DNA from: an uncultured archaeon
GTDB lineage: Archaea; Asgardarchaeota; Jordiarchaeia; Jordiarchaeales; Jordiarchaeaceae
Assembly: GCA_964510585.1 (NCBI GenBank)
Contig: CAZECW010000189.1
Location: 1-11,056 of the forward strand
Reading direction: 5' to 3'
Length of the DNA: 11,056 bases
The notes under the pieces were generated by a model. That model was not told where the DNA came from. It was given only the letters and a program-made list of their open reading frames with translations, and made no database searches. The translations under genes and the position numbers were made by a program. Shown here in pieces: positions 7,192 through 11,056 of the stretch (positions are counted from its first letter, which is position 1; every line of letters starts with the position of its first letter).

Positions 7192-8277
7192 TTATTTGTG
7201 CTCCTTTACAGCTATAGTTATGCCTTTCAAGAAGTCTTCTGGCTCAACCATGGGGATTTCCCAGCCGGGTTTCTTGTAGGTCTCCTTAATCTTTTCCAAA
7301 AGCTTGTGCTCATCTGTGGCGTCTAAACCTACCAGCGACTTTTCCATGTCCCACAAGTAAGCATCCGGCCTCGCATAAAAATCACCAGAAAACATTATGT
7401 CATCAATTTTTCCCGAACTATTCAGCAGAAGATGAGTTACGATAAGCTTTCTCCCTTTATATCGGCTAAAGAGTAATTCCTGATCCCCTCTTACTTTGGA
7501 GAATCTTTTCTTGCTGGAAACTTTGAAAGTGTGTTCTGGTGAAGAAGCCATCGCTCTCCATTTCTGCCTTATCTTTTCTTCCTCCTCAGTCATTTCACCC
7601 TCAACCAGCTTGACACCTATCTCCTGTTCAAAAGCCTCCACAAAGGCATCCCTAACTTCCTCCTTACTCGGAAGACGTCCGGTTTCTGCCTCCACACTGG
7701 TCACCCACTCAGAAACACTCTTGGCCTTTTTATCCGAAAATTTTTCCGGAGGAATCTTAGCCACCTTGGAGAACAAATCCATATCTGGCTCGCCGATACT
7801 AAGAATGGTATTGCCTAAAATGATTTCAAAAACCTGCGCAAAACCGAATCCTGTAATCTTCCTCTCACCCACCTTTACATCGCCGATATGTTTATACCAC
7901 GGGTCCTTTACTCCCAGCTTCTTGTACGCTTCAACTATCACTTTTCCAAATTTTTGGAAGGCAATGTCCATATTCGGAAAGAAATTATCATAGTATAATA
8001 GACCCACTGCCATGCTGGCATTTTTATCTACAAATATTGTGCCGCCACCAACCCCTAACCTTCTTATTACTCGGACTCCGTATTCCTTACACTTTTCTAG
8101 GTCAACTTCGGTGTCTATGTCTTGGAAAAAGCCCAGACTCACACCAGTTTCCTTAAAGCCTACAATGGACATCCCCATGGGGCCATTTTTCTGCAATTCC
8201 ACGGCTGGGCCCCCAAGGGCTACTGTGTCTAACATGTCGCATTCTGGAAGGAAAAGAAGCCTCCACTCTTTAGTCAA
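7192..8277 (-). CDS. lplA: Lipoate-protein ligase A family protein (catalytic domain + C-terminal domain), divergent
   Basis: 361 aa; TTG start with GGAG RBS; VSLGFFQD...EVDLEKC, VIRRLGVGGGTIFVD (cf. RRxSGGGAVYHD), GDVKVGERKITG with the adenylation Lys; C-terminal IDDIMFSGDFY...LEKSLVG-type domain. Confidence 0.88.
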   Translation of the reverse strand: MTKEWRLLFLPECDMLDTVALGGPAVELQKNGPMGMSIVGFKETGVSLGFFQDIDTEVDLEKCKEYGVRVIRRLGVGGGTIFVDKNASMAVGLLYYDNFFPNMDIAFQKFGKVIVEAYKKLGVKDPWYKHIGDVKVGERKITGFGFAQVFEIILGNTILSIGEPDMDLFSKVAKIPPEKFSDKKAKSVSEWVTSVEAETGRLPSKEEVRDAFVEAFEQEIGVKLVEGEMTEEEEKIRQKWRAMASSPEHTFKVSSKKRFSKVRGDQELLFSRYKGRKLIVTHLLLNSSGKIDDIMFSGDFYARPDAYLWDMEKSLVGLDATDEHKLLEKIKETYKKPGWEIPMVEPEDFLKGITIAVKEHK

Positions 8278-8647
8278 ATCTCCTTCAACTCCCTTCCAAA
8301 TTTTTTATAGAAATTTCACTTTAGGTTATATGTTAAGGGGCAACCTAATTTTTATACTTTACTAGGGCAGACTTTTTTTCGATTGTCTCAAAAAAAGAGC
8401 AATTTTAGAGATTTTTCCAATTTGGAGCCTAAAAAAAGGGTGTTTGGGGGTTCGGTGAATTTCAGGGTTTTTACACGAATAGTAACGTTTAATAAGCCAG
8501 TCGCAGACTAATAAACATAAAAATCTAAAATATTTCAAAGAAAATCCTAAAAAACATAAAATCATTAACAGGTTTAAACTGTTGATAATAAACATAAAAT
8601 TGGAAGAATGAATTGCTCAATATTTATGGGAAAAGGATGTTTGAGAA

Positions 8648-9355
8648 ATGAGCCAGCCAAACTCGAAAAGCAGCATGTATAACAAGAACCCGCTGTCTGC
8701 AGGTGTACTGGTTGAGTTTCGTTCTTGGTCAGAACATATGCACTCTGACTCCTTTTCCCGAACCAGAGAGAATAAACTTGCAAATCCCAATGTTCTCAAT
8801 AAAATAGTCCAAAAAATCTGTCACACTCTCCAAAAAGAGGGGCACTTTTGCCTGTATGTATGTGTCTTTTGTACAAGTTATACTATTTCCCAGCCTCAAA
8901 GACGTGAAAACGAATTAGTTTCAGCTGCTGTCACACTGTGGAACGAAACAATTGTTCTTAGCTTTCAATTCTGTATTTCTGAAAGCGTAAGTCTGGCTGA
9001 AGTGTGTAGTAGAAAAGCTGCACTAATCATTAATGTTGACGGGTACGTTGGGGGAGGGGGGAACATTTACTCTAATTTTTCCTACCAGCGAGGATTACTG
9101 CATAATTTATGCGTGAAGCCTGCATACCCCAGGCAAGTATGCAACACGAAAAAAACTTTTTCGTTTGCCTTAAGTGTGGTAAACTGGTCGGAGTGTTTTG
9201 TGCGTGTGACTTTTGCTTTTACATTCCTGCTTATCGGGTTGGGGGTCGAAGGACAGAGAGAGGGAGAAGTTCTTAAGGGGGAGGTAAAGCTCGAGCCGTG
9301 GAGAACAATCGCCTCTGGAGATCCAAGATATGTGGCTACGGCCGCGAGTCTATGA
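8648..9355 (+). CDS. Orphan ORF, 235 aa, Cys-rich (9 Cys); coding status uncertain
   Basis: Long open frame with no real gene on the opposite strand to explain it; ATG start with weak AAGGA upstream; no recognisable motif, and composition is atypical of the other proteins here. Confidence 0.25.
   Translation: MSQPNSKSSMYNKNPLSAGVLVEFRSWSEHMHSDSFSRTRENKLANPNVLNKIVQKICHTLQKEGHFCLYVCVFCTSYTISQPQRRENELVSAAVTLWNETIVLSFQFCISESVSLAEVCSRKAALIINVDGYVGGGGNIYSNFSYQRGLLHNLCVKPAYPRQVCNTKKTFSFALSVVNWSECFVRVTFAFTFLLIGLGVEGQREGEVLKGEVKLEPWRTIASGDPRYVATAASL
9109..9276 (+). CDS. Possible small Zn-finger-like protein, 55 aa (or 45 aa from ATG 9139)
   Basis: Manual translation: MREACIPQASMQHEKNFFVCLKCGKLVGVFCACDFCFYIPAYRVGGRRTERGRSS*; CxxCG...CxCxxC; below the ORF-track length cut-off; nested out of frame in the 235-aa ORF. 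Confidence 0.25.
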   Translation: MREACIPQASMQHEKNFFVCLKCGKLVGVFCACDFCFYIPAYRVGGRRTERGRSS

Positions 9356-9382
9356 TCAATGATCTTCTGCTCTCTCTGTCCT
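9250..9382. ncRNA. Candidate structured RNA / long imperfect inverted repeat (~130 nt rod)
   Basis: Perfect 13-bp terminal stem AGGACAGAGAGAG (9250-9262) / CTCTCTCTGTCCT (9370-9382); nested stems AGAAG/CTTCT, GCTCG/CGAGT, GCCGTGG/CTACGGC, ACAATC/GATATGT (one bulge), TGG/CCA; followed by TATTTTTGTT on the + strand. Folded by eye only. Confidence 0.4.
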
Positions 9383-9651
9383 ATTTTTGTTGGAGGGGTC
9401 TGGGGGGACTTCGAGTACTTGGACTGGATATTTGAAATCCACTATTAGATGTTAGATTTGAAGTTTTATTTTCTGCGGAATTATATTTCGCTATAAAAAG
9501 AATCTAGAACTTTTAATTTTTTCAATATGCCTAGAGCATGTGGGGTTGTTTTGTAAATGTTTCCTGTTTTGTCTAGATGCTTTTTTGTGTGAGGGTGTTT
9601 TGTGGCATTTTTTCGTTTCAATTTTTGTGAGGTGTGGTGTTTGGTGGGGTT

Positions 9652-10641
9652 TTATTGTAGGAGTCCGTTTTCTTTGTAGCGTTTGAGGGTTAATGCTGCG
9701 TCTCTTGATATTTCTTGGTCTTTTAGGGCTTCTTTTAGTGGTTTTGTGGCTTTTTTGTGCATTAGTTTCCTTTTGGCGTATAGGGCAAGTAGTCTGGCTG
9801 CGGCTTTGCGTGTGTTTTTGTTTTTGTCTTTTAAGAGTTTTACTGAGTTTTCTAGGACTGTTTGGTCGGTGAGGTTTTTGTTGGTGTAGATTATTAGTGC
9901 TTCTGCGGCGTTTTCTCTTACGTGCTCGTTTCTGTCTTTGAGTAGTTTGGCTAGTAGCTTCAATGCTTTTTCGTCTGTGAGTCCTTTTTGGGCGTATACT
10001 CCTAGGGTTATCGCGCAGTTCATTCTCACTCCCGCCTCTATGTCTGTGAGTCCCTTAACCAGTTTATCTAGTATTTTTGCATCCAATATGTCTTGGTCGG
10101 CGTAGTTTAGGATTGCGTAGGATGCGTTTCTTCGCGTACTTCCATCCTTATCCTCCAATAGTCTTACAAGCTGGTCGAAGGCTTCCCTAATCAAAAATTT
10201 TTCCTCCGCAAAGAAGCCGATTATGATTGCGGCGTTTGCCCGGACCTTTTCGAACCTGCTATTAAGGAGTTTTATGAGAATTTCGCTGCCCAAGTCTCCT
10301 TTGTCCAAGAGTCCCAGTTGGGCATAGTTGGCTAAGGCGTAAGTTGCATTGGTGATTATGTCTCTTTCTCCATCTTCCTTCAACATTTTTGTGAGGTAAC
10401 CTATGGCGCTTTTAGTGTAGAGCTTATTTTGAGCGTACTTGCCCAAGGTCCAGGCAGCTGTGCTTCTTGCGGCTTTGTCTTCGTCGCTTAGAAACTTTGT
10501 CAGAAAAACTAGCACATTCTTGTTAAACTCGCCCTTAGAAGCGTATTTAGCTGTTTCAAACAGGGCTTCGCGGCGCACCTTGTACCTTTTGTCTTGAAAA
10601 CTCCCCAAAAGAGCTCCTACCTTTGCACTACTCATCATCAT
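9652..10641 (-). CDS. HEAT-repeat (alpha-solenoid) protein, about 8 repeats
   Basis: Recurrent ~38-aa units L-x-x-L-L-x-D-x-D/N-x-x-V-R-x-N-A-A-x-x-L-x-x-Y-A (e.g. LVRLLEDKDGSTRRNASYAILNYA, LAKLLKDRNEHVRENAAEALIIYT). Three tandem ATGs; RBS GAGGT (10647-10643) spacing favours 10635 or 10638 as the true start. Confidence 0.92.
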   Translation of the reverse strand: MMMSSAKVGALLGSFQDKRYKVRREALFETAKYASKGEFNKNVLVFLTKFLSDEDKAARSTAAWTLGKYAQNKLYTKSAIGYLTKMLKEDGERDIITNATYALANYAQLGLLDKGDLGSEILIKLLNSRFEKVRANAAIIIGFFAEEKFLIREAFDQLVRLLEDKDGSTRRNASYAILNYADQDILDAKILDKLVKGLTDIEAGVRMNCAITLGVYAQKGLTDEKALKLLAKLLKDRNEHVRENAAEALIIYTNKNLTDQTVLENSVKLLKDKNKNTRKAAARLLALYAKRKLMHKKATKPLKEALKDQEISRDAALTLKRYKENGLLQ

Positions 10642-10933
10642 AACCTCATATATGGATACGAAGCTTTTTTCCTTGTGGTAATAATGTAAAATTGAACTAC
10701 ATTCTTAATATCTGTATTGTAAAAAAGGATCCGCAACATTAATTTTCAAAAATGTTGTTCCAAAAACTGCCGCTATGTACTTCTCCTCTGCGAGAACTTT
10801 AATTTATATTCTCACAAATGTCTCCTGCATATTGACTACTGGGTGAAAAATTGTCGCTCTTCTTTATTCACTAAACTTATATATATAGCCTATTTATATT
10901 TTTATTAAGGGTGAAAGGACACTATGTTCCTCG

Positions 10934-11056
10934 TTAGTGAATGGGGGTGATTAGGGTTATGCGGTCTAGTCTGAAGGTTCGCTTCCTGTTCTTCAGGTAG
11001 CAGTAGGCTTCAACGTACTGTTCCCTACGTCTTCTGCCGAATCTGTGGATTTTGAG
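10934..11056 (-). CDS. WYL-domain protein, 3' end only (truncated by window edge)
   Basis: Manual translation of the minus strand: ...LKIHRFGRRRREQYVEAYCYLKNRKRTFRLDRITLITPIH* (TAA at 10936-10934); Y-x-x-AYC-x-L-x-x-x-x-RTFRLDRI is the hallmark WYL-domain C-terminal motif. Confidence 0.85.
   Translation of the reverse strand, partial: LKIHRFGRRRREQYVEAYCYLKNRKRTFRLDRITLITPIH

Noticed and set aside
7496-8365. Plus-strand ORFs 7496-7993 and 8012-8365
   Set aside because: Shadows of lplA.
8672-8749. Alternative stems GCATGT/ATATGC, CAAGAAC/GTTCTTG, GTCAGA/TCTGAC
   Set aside because: Short, partly mutually exclusive pairings expected by chance.
8362-8799. Short minus-strand ORFs 8362-8595, 8574-8783, 8617-8799
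   Set aside because: Low-complexity translations of AT-rich DNA, without RBS or motifs.
8729-8899. Minus-strand 56-aa fragment containing FILSGSGKGVRVHMF, reminiscent of the primase/AEP SGxKGxH motif
   Set aside because: His spacing is wrong, no DxD motif upstream, and the frame is flanked by several stops; insufficient to call a pseudogene.
9250-9382. Interpretation of the long hairpin as an H/ACA or C/D guide RNA, SECIS element, or a confirmed MITE
   Set aside because: No ACA at the stem base on either strand, no box C/box D pair, no selenoprotein gene adjacent, and no target-site duplication around the terminal repeats.
9683-9889. Plus-strand ORF of 68 aa
   Set aside because: Shadow of the HEAT gene in G/T-rich sequence.
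1-11056. CRISPR array, rRNA, tRNA, transposase or integrase
   Set aside because: No regularly spaced direct repeats, RNA-gene signatures or recombinase motifs were found by eye.

Overview
Archaeal-type genomic DNA (TATA boxes, GGAGGT/GAGGT ribosome-binding sites, T-tract terminators, long AT-rich intergenic gaps). An Asgard-like origin is plausible but is only inferred from gene style. Recognisable genes: a BKACE/Kce-family (DUF849) beta-keto acid cleavage enzyme, a family II Mn-dependent inorganic pyrophosphatase (ppaC), an APC-family amino-acid permease, a divergent lipoate-protein ligase (LplA-like), a HEAT-repeat protein, and the 3' end of a WYL-domain gene that the ORF track missed (10934 to window end, minus strand). 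Unexplained elements of most interest: (1) a coiled-coil/proline-rich disordered protein ending in a beta-thymosin/WH2-like 'YNPKQLKK' motif; (2) a translationally coupled pair of a 2x[4Fe-4S] protein and a Cys/His-motif protein, neither with a function I can name; (3) a 1.37-kb gap (8278-9651) holding a 235-codon orphan ORF, a nested small Cys-rich ORF and a ~130-nt rod-like inverted-repeat structure, downstream of the WYL and HEAT genes; (4) a strong G/T versus A/C wobble-position skew that flips along several transcription units. No rRNA, tRNA, CRISPR array or transposase was seen.
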